From assembly GCF_006345805.1 (NCBI RefSeq), contig NC_043013.1, positions 13,454,001-13,518,000 on the forward strand: 64,000 nucleotides of DNA, in the 5' to 3' direction. Below, one piece after another: positions 1-11,906 of this stretch. The notes beneath the pieces were generated by a model that worked only from the letters and a program-made list of their open reading frames with translations, made no database searches and was not told the origin of the DNA. Numbering within the stretch: the first letter of the stretch is position 1; every line of letters begins with the position of its first letter. A program made the position numbers and the translations under genes. This DNA is from Octopus sinensis. Lineage: Eukaryota.

Positions 1-1369
1 TTCTTCTGCGGGTCTTACGAATAGCAAAGGACTATGTTTCGGACTTCTCCCACTACAGGACGAAGACCGCTTCGCTCAACAAACAAACAAAGAAACAGCA
101 GCAGCACAAGCGGCAGAAACAACAATAATAGTAACTATATCAACAACAACATCAGCAGCATGAACAAGATTGATAATAACAACAGTAACATAAACAACTA
201 CATTGAAAACAACAGCAATAACAAAAAGACCAATACATCTGCCAATGGCAACTGTGTAAAAAAACAACAGCAACAACAATAACATAAGGACTCACAACAA
301 CGCTTTATCTTTTTGGGGAGCAGTAATCTAGTGGACCGTCCATTCGGTTGAAGATTTGAAAAATAAAGCACAGCAATACCAAAGTGACATTTCGCAACCA
401 GTGAGGATTAAAAAGAAAACCTACCGAGCGACGAAGAATTGTCTGCCAATGTGTTTCTCGCAAAGAGAGGAAACTTAAATTTCCTACTCCAGCAGAGACC
501 GAAAGACGCCTGCAAGAACTGTGCCCCCCCCCAATACTACACATATGCAACAGTATGCACTACGGGACGTTAACTGTTATATGTAGCACTGAGCAAGAAG
601 CCAGAAAAATGGTTACTATAGCCTGCAGGTTCCAGGCTTTTGTGATGATTCCCGTTACATGAATAAATGGTTGACTTGTATTCGAGTCAAGAACCGATTC
701 ACCGTGATCCGGCGAGAGATTTAGGAGGAGCATGGGGAGATGGTGAAGGTGAAGTCCACCTTACAACTCAATAGATATGGAAATCTGATGCAATTCCAGA
801 TATTAGTTTCTTCATAGGAAATAAATCTTACTCATGATTTTTCTGTGCCGGGGAATGCGAACAGATGCCCGTTTATATAGAAGCGAAAGAAATGAAGTGT
901 TCTAGGTGTGTGTATACGAACCACCTCAAAGCCTTTTGCCCCGTAGAGGAATAAGCACGAATATCTCCGCTGTTATTACCAACTCTTCAAGGTATGAACA
1001 AAGCTATTATCTCACATATGACTCCTTCGTCCTACTAAGTCCTCTTAAAAGCAAAGACTTCATTGACATCGCACCAAAAAGTCTTTGTCGCAGATAAGAG
1101 AAAAAAAACTGAATCTGAAGCAAACGGAGAACAGTCCAAATTGAAGGCTCTAAGGCATGACTGTAAACAACAAAATCCGTCACAACACTGATTAAAAAAC
1201 AAATCAACACCTTCATCACAAGGAAACCAATTTTTAAAACACGTTCACAACCGCAAAAAAAAACACGAAAACAAAAAACAAAACAACTGACAAATTGACC
1301 AACAGTCACACGCTCAGATACGTACGCCCTTCATCAACGTCACTGTTGTTCAGAAGAGCAACACTAAAT

Positions 1370-1640
1370 TTATTGTTGAAGAAGTAATTGATGACATTAA
1401 ACAAGTAATTGAAGAAGTTATTGATTTTGTATTCGTGTTGTGCCATACTGTTTCACCCCCCTCACCACACATTCTACGCTTCTCACTGTCGATGGTGCTG
1501 TCTATTCTGCACTTCACATACTTGGTCCTTAACGCATGTTCTTGAGCTGCAAACATGAGTGCTTCTGTCTCTATTTTCAGGTCAATCCTCCTCATCCACA
1601 GCCACCGGTCCTCTGTATCTGTCTTGGCGTTCATATCTCT
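1370..1640 (-). mobile_element. R4/Dong-like non-LTR retrotransposon fragment (post-RT and CCHC region)
   Basis: WLWMRRIDLKIETEALMFAAQEHALRTKYVKCRID...RMCGEGGETVWH, typical of REL-endonuclease LINEs. Confidence 0.75.
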
Positions 1641-1747
1641 GGAAACTGACCGTACAGTTTTTCATTCCATGTTTTTTCTTATTCATTTCTTCTTTAAATT
1701 TTTCTTTCATTACACGATTTTCAGTTTTGATGACACCACCCTCCTTC

Positions 1748-1784
<37 letters not shown>

Positions 1785-1787
<3 letters not shown>

Positions 1788-1992
1788 GACATCGAGCTGA
1801 CTGCATAGCGGCATTTGGTTCCTATTTATGTTCTGATTTCAAATTTTGCTGGGGTCGACTTTGCCTTTCATTGTTTCGGGGTGGATTAATTAAATACCAG
1901 TGAAACATTGGGCTTGATGTAACAGGCTAGTCCCTTCCCTCAAAATTTCAGGCCTTGTGCCTATTGTGGAAAGGATTGTTATTACTTTTATT
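1785..1992 (+). mobile_element. SINE family 2, degenerate copy
   Basis: GGTCGACTTTGCCTTTCAT...CGGGGT core and GGCCTTGTGCCTA..GTGGAAAG tail shared with 42496-42711. Confidence 0.7.
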
Positions 1993-2114
1993 ATTGCTAT
2001 TATTATTATAATCTTCTTTCGATTCTGTTTCAATTTCTTGCCGAGTTTCTTCCTGATACTCAGAGCAGAGAAACGCACTGTATACATTGGTAGGCTATTA
2101 AAATAATGACACTG

Positions 2115-2976
2115 TTTGTCAAGTCACAACAAGGACCTCAGACAGACAGTACTTTACGCAATATTCATCCATTTCCAAGTAATGCCGACTTTTGCAATAC
2201 ACCGAGATTGTTGGGTATTTAAAAGTTTTTCAGATATTTTTTGACAACAGGAGTAACCTTTATGTTTGACTCTCGTAGCTGCCACATCTTAGCGACATCA
2301 ATTCTCAGGTCTCCATATTTATCAACTTTTTCTCTTTTTTTCATGATGATGTGTTGATCTCTTGGCACTGCTACGTCGATTATTAAGCACTCTTGTTTGT
2401 CCTTCCTATATCCGGCCTTCAGTGCTGTAACACCTTGTCTGTCTGCAAATCAAAGTTCCCCTTATCGTCCATTACCTTTTCTGGTGTATGTTGGCACCAA
2501 GCACCCGTAGCCTCATATCCTTACTTACGACATAGTAGCCAGTGGAGGCTATTTTGTTTGTTCCTTTTTCGAGCCATGACTGGCTCATAAGGGCCGGTTT
2601 CCCGGTTTCCTTGTTGTATAGGTTCCCCACCTGGACAGGATGCCGGTCCATCGCAGATGAGCTGCAAGATGCAGGAGGAAAGAGCGAGAGAAATTTGTGG
2701 CGAAAGAGTCAGCAGAGGTTCGTCATTACCTTCTGCCGGTGTCACGTGGAGCTTCGGTGTTTTGCTCATAAACACACATATCGCCCGGTCTGAGATTCGA
2801 ACCTTCGATCCCTCGACCGCGAGTCCGCTGTTCTAACCATTAGGTCATGTGCTCCAGCAGTGGAGGCTATGGGCTACTTTGTCATACCTATGCTTGTACT
2901 CTTTCTGTGCAAGACTTTCACAAGCACTAACAATGTGAGTCACACTTTGACACATTCTCTTCCCACATATTCTGCA

Positions 2977-2977
<1 letters not shown>
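2115..2977 (-). mobile_element. R4/Dong-like LINE 3' fragment (CCHC knuckle + REL endonuclease), interrupted by a SINE
   Basis: CRICG...HIVSACESLAQKEYKHRYDKVAHSLH|WLLCRK...RPDI...ECLIIDVAVP...KVDKYGDL...LQKSALLG. Confidence 0.82.
2553..2857 (-). mobile_element. tRNA-derived SINE (family 3) with 13-bp target-site duplication
   Basis: Minus-strand head GGAGCACATGACCTAATGGTTAG...GGTTCGAATC (A/B boxes); CAGTGGAGGCTAT at 2540-2552 and 2858-2870. Confidence 0.85.
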
Positions 2978-3048
<71 letters not shown>

Positions 3049-3058
3049 TATTATTATT
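2978..3058. repeat. (ATT/TAA)n microsatellite
   Basis: Near-perfect trinucleotide run. Confidence 0.97.
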
Positions 3059-3074
3059 AAATAAAACTTTATAC

Positions 3075-3252
3075 CTATGGTTCTTGCTGCTTTGTATAAA
3101 CCACGCCCAACAGCTTCAGTATGTGGGTTCAACTGAATCTCTTTTCTTCCCCCAATCACAGAAATAAGCAAACTTGGTAAACGAATATTCCATGTAGATC
3201 TTACCAAACACATCATAATCTCCATAGGGGTTTGGTGATCCACACGAACAAA
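3075..3252 (-). CDS. TRPM: TRPM-like SLOG exon, copy A1 (FVRVDHQTPME...PSLLISVIGGRK...GLYKAARTI)
   Basis: tacatatAG|178 nt, open frame|GTataa, phase 0 to 1. Matches TRPM [YF]VRV...W.L..P.LLISV.GG...GL.KAA.T pattern. Confidence 0.92.
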
Positions 3253-3544
3253 CTATATGTAGAAAAAAGAAACATTGTATTAATGTAACCTAATGTTTAA
3301 TAAAATGGAAAAAATAATTCAGTTACTGATAATTTGGTGAATAAATTTATTGTTTAGAGTTATTGCTTGTATCCATAATATAGAGAATTAACAATAAATA
3401 TTTGAAAACTTAGAGGTTCCTCCTGTCACAGATGAAATCAAGAAAATTCAAGCAACAATTTCAATGAATATTATCCACAGATGTTATTGTAATAATTACT
3501 TATTATAATATGTTTAATATCTTATGTTAAATATCTTCTATACT

Positions 3545-3747
3545 CTTACTCATTTACTTGTTTTAGTCATTTGACTGCGGCCATGCTGAAGCACCGCCTT
3601 TAGTCGAGCAAATCGACCCCGGGACTTATTGTTTGTAAGCCCAGTACTTATTCTATCGGTCTCTTTTTGCCGAACCGCTAAGTGACGGGGACGTAAACAC
3701 ACCAGCATCGGTTGTCAAGCAATGCTAGGGGGACAAACACAGGCACA

Positions 3748-3795
<48 letters not shown>

Positions 3796-3969
3796 CATAT
3801 ATACGACAGGCTTCTTTCAGTTTCCGTCTACCAAATCCACTCACATGGCATTGGTTGGCCCGGGGCTATAGCAGAAGACACTTGCCCAAGGTGCCACGCA
3901 GTGGGACTGAACCCGGAACCAAGTGGTTGGTAAGCAAGCTACTTACCACACAGCCACTCCTACGCCTAT
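3545..3969 (-). mobile_element. tRNA-derived SINE family 1 with internal (CA)n(TA)n
   Basis: Head AGGAGTGGCTGTGTGGTAAG...GGTTCAGTCCC; body shared with 16990-17370 and 34297-34699. Confidence 0.9.
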
Positions 3970-4249
3970 ATTGCAACACTTTTGAATTTTTCTATCATAC
4001 ATAGAGTTTAGCCATAAATATAATATTTAGAATTAGTGATTTCTTTAAACAATTCTTTACAAGAAAATATTATGTTATCTCTCTCCTGTTTTGTAATACT
4101 TATTTCAATCATTCCGTCACAACAGAGTAAATTTCGAATATCAATGTCATATGCAGCTCAGAATTAGTATAATTCACTCCAGTTTAATATAATTCATAAC
4201 ATCACAAGAGTAAAATAAACTATTGCCCAAGTTGTACGCATGCAAGGGG

Positions 4250-4410
4250 GTGTGCATGCATGCGTATGTGTATGCACGCACATCAGTACATACACACACA
4301 TATTCATACACAGACACATAATTCATACATACATACATACATACATACATACATACATACATACATACATACATACATACATACAAACATACATACATAC
4401 ACACACACAT
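4250..4410. repeat. (TACA)n / (CA)n microsatellite
   Basis: Tetranucleotide run; source of spurious YIHT/VCMY ORFs. Confidence 0.95.
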
Positions 4411-4900
4411 TATGGCATCGAATACTAAAATCACAGCTTACATCGAGTTCAAGCAGAACTTCACGTCTTATATACATAAGGTACTGCAAGGGATAACAAT
4501 ACCGACAAGAGTTTGGAAAAGCACCACTGACATGATGTAATCTACGAGTGACGAATTTGTAAGAGAACAAGTAACTCAAATTCAAGCTCCTTGCTTTTGG
4601 ACAAAAAAATGTCGTCCTGCTATATATTGCCACAGTAACTTTGTTTCCACATATGGCTGATCCAAAGAGACTGATCCAAAGGATAATGATAATCCAAAAT
4701 GGATTAACTCACCGCACCCCAATAACATAATGGAGATAGAAAAAATAGAACAGTTGGATTTTATGATGAAATCCAAAGCTAAAAATGACTTCACAAATCA
4801 CTAGCTACAACAGCATGATAGATTCTCCAAATGGTATGAGAATTGTCATCGAGAAACACTCACAAGCCAACTGGTCACCCTCAAACACGATTTACGAGCA
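4410..4900 (+). mobile_element. Possible Penelope-like RT remnant
   Basis: Degraded INSPHPNNIMEIEKIEQLDF resembles the LN..HP.I.FT.E.E...L.FLD motif; stops and frameshifts present. Confidence 0.35.
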
Positions 4901-5699
4901 GTAAATGAACAACGCTGCTATTGTAAAAAATTGCACACAATTTTCCCGAAACCCACAAACTCTATATCGCAGTATGATCAGTGATATTATTGTAGTGGAC
5001 TTCATTTAGGCATAGAGTAGATTCGAACCTGAATCGACAAATTTCCTTTCACATTTCAACAGCACTTTTGTCATAAAGAGACATTAAGTTGACAGCAATA
5101 AAATGAACACATGGCTTTTGCTAAGTTGAATTATGTCTTTGCCACTTGACTCTTCTAACCTTTTGTATGCGATGGGGAGTTGAATTGAGATAACAGTCAA
5201 GCCCTCAAAGTATATCCATTGTCTTTGCAGCATAGCTATCTTTCTAACTAGTTTTGTATAGTTATAAATACTAGAATTTGCTAAGGAAATATCAGTTAGT
5301 GAACAGAGGCAACTAGAAATGGCCACCGGCAGACAGCCACTTGAGACAAATTGCTAGGGGAAGAAAGAAAACAATATGAGACATACAACTTCCCACTACT
5401 CTCTGACATTCACTAACTCAATTTTGTTTTCTACAACATTACCCTATCTCTATCCTTTTACTACTACATAATGACGAGATCACAAACACACCTATACAAG
5501 AAGAAATTAACCCTCTTAACTTTGCATGCTTTTCCACTTATATTATTACACACACCTGCCCGTCGAGGCATGGCATTATATTAAGTAACGGTAAATAAAA
5601 AAATTTGAAGCCAACATAACTTTAATCTCTGTTCTTCTTGCATCTTCTTTTATTTTGCACATCTACAACATCAATATCCGTTACAATCGTTAACTGCCA

Positions 5700-7150
5700 A
5701 CAATCAACATATATCATTACACAATTACTGTGACAATTGATGACCACTGACTTCGATTTCGCATACCGTTGCACTATCAAAGCAGCAAATTCTCTTCGCA
5801 CGGAAGACCTAGAGTCATTCTGGCGGGAAATCCGGTATATAAAGAAAGAACACAACCATGATGCAGCAGAGCTAAACGACATACGAAGGGAGTATTGTGT
5901 AAATGCCTCTCCCAAACATCTAACATCATCAGCGAAACACTCCTGATGGTTATTATGTAACTGCCGAAAGGAAAACCATCTGGGAGAGACCTGGTAACAT
6001 GCTACAGGTACAGAAATCTCACATTCTTCAGAGAAATTCTCATGGCCTTGCTGCAAAAAAGAACGAATGCAGAGCTAGATATACCAGATTGGCTAACGTT
6101 CGCACGTAATACGACTGCCCGCAAGAACGAAGAGTCCAATGTGACCAAAAACTATAGGCTTGAACTTTACGCAGGTTGCCTGAATAAATCTCCCCAGGAC
6201 CATTATCAAACAAATGGTGTGATAACTCACGAAGTGGCAGGGGGAAAGAAAGGAGTTTGCAGCTGTACTGGACAGGTCCTCTTTAACAAAGTTGCCCTGA
6301 AAGAAGTTAAGCAGCATCGTTGGAACATCTTAACAATATGGCTAGACTGCAAGAAGGTGTTTGAATCTGTGCTCACTCATGGATGACCACAACGTGGTCT
6401 ACACAGTTATCACTGACAACTATTAATGCAACACCTATTGGTACAAACAGGATTAAGCTATCAACAGGCGCATTCCAGGGCGATATTCTATCGGTAATTT
6501 TGTCTATATTGGCAGTGAACACTTTGTCGTTCCTGTTAACAAGATGCCAAAGCTACATGGCTGGACAGACGGAGAAAATAAGGCATTTTACCACAGTGCA
6601 GAAAGGAAATGAAGAATGGAGTCCTCCCACTAGTGTGTTAGGGTCCAACCGATAAAGAATAAAGTCTAACCATTGCTAGATTTTTGGGAATTGAATGAGC
6701 ACGTATAATGCTTTTAGGGCGGTGAAATTTTGCGGGACAGGGGCTGACAACAGGAACGACTACGATCGTCGATGTTAAGTCGGTATATCTACAGCTCTGA
6801 GAAATAGTGGTGTTACTATCTGGTGAGGTACAAGAACAGAATATATTTCCTGATCCGGCTGGCATTCGGTTTCAGTGCAGAACCAAAAATCATGGCGAAG
6901 GTTCTTAGGACGATCTTGATGACCAAGGTAGCACAGGCTACGAGTTCCTACACATATCGCATTCTGGATAGATTAGTATGTGCAGTTGGTAGAGTAAATT
7001 GTGGGTCATTTGAGGTGGTGTGAGTTGACCGCAAACCACCGAGGCTATAGGAGGCATTGCGCTGAGGCTCAAACACGAAAGAGGTAAGGTGGGCAGACCC
7101 GTATTTTAGAGAGGAAATGGGATTTGAGATCTGAGTGAGCACATGAGTAG
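5700..7150 (+). mobile_element. Degenerate R4/Dong-like LINE RT region
   Basis: SFWREI..EHNHDA, IPDWLT...KNYR, WLDCKKVFESV, GAFQGDILS.ILSILAVNTLSFLL across several frames. Confidence 0.7.
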
Positions 7151-7399
7151 GTTAGAACTGCTCTCAATATGCGGAAAACTGGTAGAGCACTATCCTATAA
7201 CAGGATGGCTCCAAAGGGCATGAAGCTGCATCAAGAGGCGATCTGAGGAAGTGAAGCAGAAAAAATGAGTTAGAAGAGAGGTGCCATGATGCAAGACGTC
7301 TTGGAGAGAGTGAAAACAGGGGATCCAGTGAAGGGCACCTCTTCGTCCCAATATTTTGTCATCTCTTTCGGATTCAAAATTCTGAAATCAGCTTTCACT

Positions 7400-8520
7400 A
7401 CTTAGTTCTACGTTATCTTTTCCACAAGAGCCAACCATTTACAATGATCAGCATGTCATTATACAGCTAGCCCCTTTCATAACCATCATATGGTCATATC
7501 AATATAGTCTTCACCCTCGAACGCATATGATTCCTCTTATGCCTAACTTTTCTCTTAAATACATTTATACTTTGTTGTTCATATACACAGATTTTTCACA
7601 TCCAATGGAGTATAGGTTTTCACATGTCCACTGCATTTAGAGCCCACATCTTATTACTATGTAGCACTGTTGTTTGTATATAGCCATCATACAATCAGTT
7701 TTTCATTCTGATAGGGAAGCATTTTGTTACCAACAGAGGCAAAAACTCTTGAAATTTCTCCAGCCTGTTTTTATTTTAGTAGCTATAACTTCAGAACAAC
7801 CGCTCCACTGATGGGTAATAGAAACTATCTTTTTTGTTTAGGGATCTTCCTGAGCATTTCAGAAAATCTATTTCCTATGCACATTTAGAATTTCTTTGCT
7901 AGTGTGCATCAACTGCATATGGAGTCTACTTTCTCTGTTAAACTGTCTGTGATACTATGGCAACTCGTGTGTTTCTATAGTTTGCACTAAGTATACCGCA
8001 TGGAATTTCTAATAGTATCTCTGTATAGGGTTTGTGTGGCTGTCATAAGCTATTCTTCTGCTGCTAGCTTCTTCTTTGACCTCACCTTTTCAGAGTAAGG
8101 AACTCTGTGAAACGTTTTCTGCAGATCAATGAATGCTCTGCAGTAACTTCCTCAAAACATGGATTTTTTAATACTTATCTATAGCACAGAACCGAACTTT
8201 ATCTCGTTTCGTCTTTTTCTGTAATTGCTTGAGCTGTAGTTGTTCCCATAACTTTCGTGTCCTTGTCCTGCAATTTGATACTCCTGTGATTACCTTTCTA
8301 TAGCATCTCCTTTATGCTTGTAACAATTGTTGTAATGCTGTAATGCCAGTCACTAGGTATACCACTTTCCTGTATAATCTGATTGACTATACAAGTAACT
8401 AAGCCATATCCCACAGTGCCAAGTATTTTAAACCTTATAATAGTAATTGCTAATGGGATTTCTCCTGCTTTAATATTCTTCAGGGCCCTATCTATCATAT
8501 TGCTACCAGCTAGAATGACT
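7400..8520 (-). mobile_element. Degenerate RTE-clade LINE RT fragment
   Basis: LKNIKAGE...VGYGLVTCIVNQIIQESGIPSDW, homologous to ORF 25605-26204. Confidence 0.7.
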
Positions 8521-8628
8521 AGTCATTCTGTTGGAAAGATCTTTCTTCCATGTTATCTCCACATATAGTAACCTTAAATGATAGCACTTTCAAGTTATTT
8601 TTTACCTCTCAGAATCACTTCTATCCAT

Positions 8629-8683
<55 letters not shown>

Positions 8684-8705
8684 CACACACACATACACAC
8701 ACACC
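8629..8705. repeat. (CA)n microsatellite
   Basis: Dinucleotide run. Confidence 0.97.
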
Positions 8706-8874
8706 AATATGAAAAATAACAGCCAACTATACAAAAAAAAAGAAACGATATGTAAAAATATTCACAAAAAGCATGTAAAATGTTGTTGCTATACAAATCC
8801 AAGGACAAAATATTCAGCTGATTATTGGATAATTTCTACAAACAACATCAATAAAAAGCAAGCAAAAAGAATAC

Positions 8875-8959
8875 CGTTGCATTTTCCTGATAATATCCCC
8901 AAAAATGTATTTCACCAAATGCATTACAGGGTTTTGATGGCTCCTCATCTTTAGAATTT
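8875..8959 (-). CDS. TRPM: TRPM-like exon, copy A1 (NSKDEEPSKPCNAFGEIHFWGYYQENAT)
   Basis: gtctttgatAG|85 nt|GTattc, phase 2 to 0. P-x-[DN]-A-F-G-E-I-x-F motif of MHR1; same length and acceptor as 45436-45520. Confidence 0.88.
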
Positions 8960-9479
8960 CTATCAAAGACAAACAGAAACCAAATGAACTGTTGAAGTAA
9001 AGTTGTAATGGGGAAGGTAGAAGAGGAAAAATGACAAAATCAAAAGATAAAGAACAACTCCAATGAATATTACCGACATAGATACATAAATCCATACACG
9101 GAAATAAATAAATAAATTTTAATTTAGTTGAATCAAATAATGATTACTTTTAAATAAACTGAAAAGGAAAAATAAGAAATATGTTGCCGTCAAAATAAAT
9201 TAAGAAAATGGGTTTCACCATTCCACATCTGAGGTATGATAAGACCATATTCAGAGAGAAAAAGATTACTCAACTGACTGGCACGAAGTCACTTACAAAT
9301 ACACACCAAATTCTGACCCATACTGTGCTGTGTCTTCTCTGCCTTTTCTACCGCTACTACAAATAGCCTCTGCTGGATGGTCTCTGACCACCTTATCCAG
9401 GTATCACTGATACACACATCAACACCCTATCTCAACAGGAACACCCTCTCTCCGTTCTCCTCTACTAGAAATCTCATAC

Positions 9480-10600
9480 CTACAACCAATTCCGCATTCC
9501 ATACCATCAATCGTCAAAATGACAGGACATAATACTGGCATTGTCATAAGACTGTCTCCTGCAGTATTCAAAATTTCTATTGGCTTACCCGAAAGAACGT
9601 AACACACAGTAACTGAAAGCTGAGCAACATTCTGGTGTTGGATCTACAGAAACAGGGAAATACTTGGCAGTTTTAAAATCTGCAACAATATAATTCTTGA
9701 TATGTTTTGCCATCAACAGAACAATTTCTTCGTAGATGGTAGGTGATAAGTACGACTGCTTACCACTTCCAGTATTGCCAAAGGTTTTCAAGTGACCCAT
9801 AAGAAATGGATCAAATTGTTCCATAATTCTCAGAAAATTTCTCAGTCAACTATCTCTTCACTACCTCTAAATGCCAGACCTCTCTCAACTAGAAATATTG
9901 TCACAGTCACTACATGAAAGAATGCAATACTTCAGTCCAGTATTTCTTGTTTCCCTGGACTTGTTCTTCCAATACCTTGTTAACATGAGATGATCCCTGC
10001 ATAAAAGATGGGGCTTGACTTTGTTCTTCTGTTTTCAGTTTCTCCTCTGCTTTTCTCATTTCAGTAAAGCCTTCCTTGTTGGAAAACCTGTCATGTTGAC
10101 CTTGCAGGAAAGTGCAGTAAAAACAATAAACCTTACCCTCTGATGAGCTGTACAGGGGTCACATCTTTAAAAAAACTGCTCACCATTGTCATGAATGGTA
10201 TAAAACATTAAATTTTTTAAACAACGATAGTGCCCAGCCAGTTTGCCTTCACTTGGTTTATAATGGTGTCGAGATACTGGGAAGGTGTCGGAGGCATTTT
10301 TATTTTAACATATGGATGATTTTGCCTGAAAGAACATGGACAAATACTTTTCTCTGACAGAAAATCATATGATTGTGTCTGGATCCCATGATGCTACTTT
10401 GCTATTCATGACAGTAGGACATGAGGATTCTTCACCTTGAATGTTTTGATGTAATACGTTCTTCCTCTTTTCTGCAGATCTACTTAGGAATGCAGCTGGT
10501 TCTTCAAAAGGAACGTCTGATACTGTTTCTACATTATTAGCCTCTAGGCTTTCTTTTTTCAAAGAAAATAACAATTCTACACAGTGTTGTGTCTTTTCTA
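9480..10600 (-). mobile_element. Degenerate hAT-superfamily (ZMYM1-like) transposase
   Basis: TTF-type zinc finger LYSSSEGKVYCFYC..F...GF..RKAEEKL (about 10030-10160) and DUF4371-like FDPFLMGHL...SYLSPTIYEEIV..MAK...AKYFPVSVDPTP (9585-9824). Confidence 0.78.
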
Positions 10601-11249
10601 ATACAGCAGCATGTTTTCATTTTGTTCTTTGTAAATTTTACTCGTCTGAGATCCAGTCAATTGAATTTTCTGTGGCATTCTTAGATATTTTGTGTGTGAG
10701 TATAATATATATTCTGAATAGAAGCAAAAGAAAATAATTTTAAAAAAATGAATAAATAATGTTGGAACTGATAGCAGCAATGTAGACATACTTCATTTAA
10801 TCCTGCTGCAGGTATATTAAGCCAGTCACTTTATGCATATGTGTTACTCCTATGTCTTTTGCAGATAAATAGAGCAGCTGCCAAAGTTAATAAAAATTGA
10901 ATAGAAAAATGTTCAAGGATTACAGATTAATGATTTCGTTTCCATAAAATTACTTTTCTTCAAAATTATGCTTCACTTCCATGAAAATGAAAAGGTGCCA
11001 GAATGACAGGTATAAGCCACTATCATCTCGGAAAGTTTTGCAAAAAGTGGAAATAGTATCGTAATCAACATTAGACGAATTATATTTCTTTTTAAAAACA
11101 AAACGAGAATAACATTAACAGCAAATTGTAGTACATCAAAAAAGTTAAAGACAGAAACATTTTTCGATATTCAGGTTAAATTTTTTTTGTAGATTCCCCA
11201 TTACTGTTGGATTTATTTTAATGAAACCACTGGCGGTGGAATATGAGCT

Positions 11250-11875
11250 ATGACAACAGATGACTTGCGAACACTTGAAAGAAACGAAGCTAGAATGCTC
11301 CGCTGGATGTCAGAGTGTATATGATTTAAGAGGAAAACTATATGATTTAAGAGGCATCAGATGTTGTGTGCAAGAGAAGAGACTGCGCTGGTTTGGTCAT
11401 GTGTTGCGTGTGGATGAGGACGGTTGCATAAAGAAGAGCTGATCCCTAATTGTGGAGAGAACTTGTGGATGGAATACATGGGGGAAGATGCGATGGGACG
11501 AAATGGTGAGAAAGTATCTTCAGACACTGGGCTACACTGAGGAAATATCAAGGGACCGGGAGCTGTGATGATCTGCTGTACTTGAAAAGACATACCACGC
11601 TAAGTAATATCCCGGTCATCCATATACACAGGCATGTGATTTACAGGTTCTAGTGCCATGTAAAATGAACCCGTGCCGGTGGCACGTAAAGTGCACCCAG
11701 CACACTCTGCAAAGTGGTTGGCGTTAGGAAGGGCATCCAGCCCTAGAAACCATGTAAAAACAGACAATTGGAGTCTGGAGAGCTTCTTGGATGGCCAGCT
11801 CCTGTCACACCGTCAAACCCATAGCAGCAAGGTGGATGGACGTTAAACAGTGATGATGATGATGATGATGATGAT

Positions 11876-11880
<5 letters not shown>
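11250..11880 (+). mobile_element. RTE LINE 3' fragment with (GAT)n tail
   Basis: IRCCVQEKRLRWFGHVLRVDED, then 3' UTR TGGTTGGCGTTAGGAAGGGCATCCAGC and (ATG)n(GAG)n. Confidence 0.85.

Positions 11881-11906
<26 letters not shown>

Noticed and set aside
25-62. Hammerhead-like geometry on the minus strand (GGA-GAAG-UCC, GAAAC-AUA-GUC)
   Set aside because: Core reads CUGUAGU (two invariant positions wrong) and no stem I pairing was found.
34-285. Poly-N/Q and poly-L/V ORFs
   Set aside because: Translations of an AAC/AAT-rich microsatellite.
760-1260. Possible Penelope-like RT remnant
   Set aside because: Only vague motif resemblance; no intact diagnostic motif.
2780-2857. tRNA genes at SINE heads (also near 3890-3969, 16990-17060)
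   Set aside because: A/B boxes are present but continue into SINE bodies without a full cloverleaf.
10365-10574. ORF with WDPDT as a missing TRPM N-terminal exon
   Set aside because: Lies within the hAT remnant, has no counterpart in copy B and no convincing splice sites.
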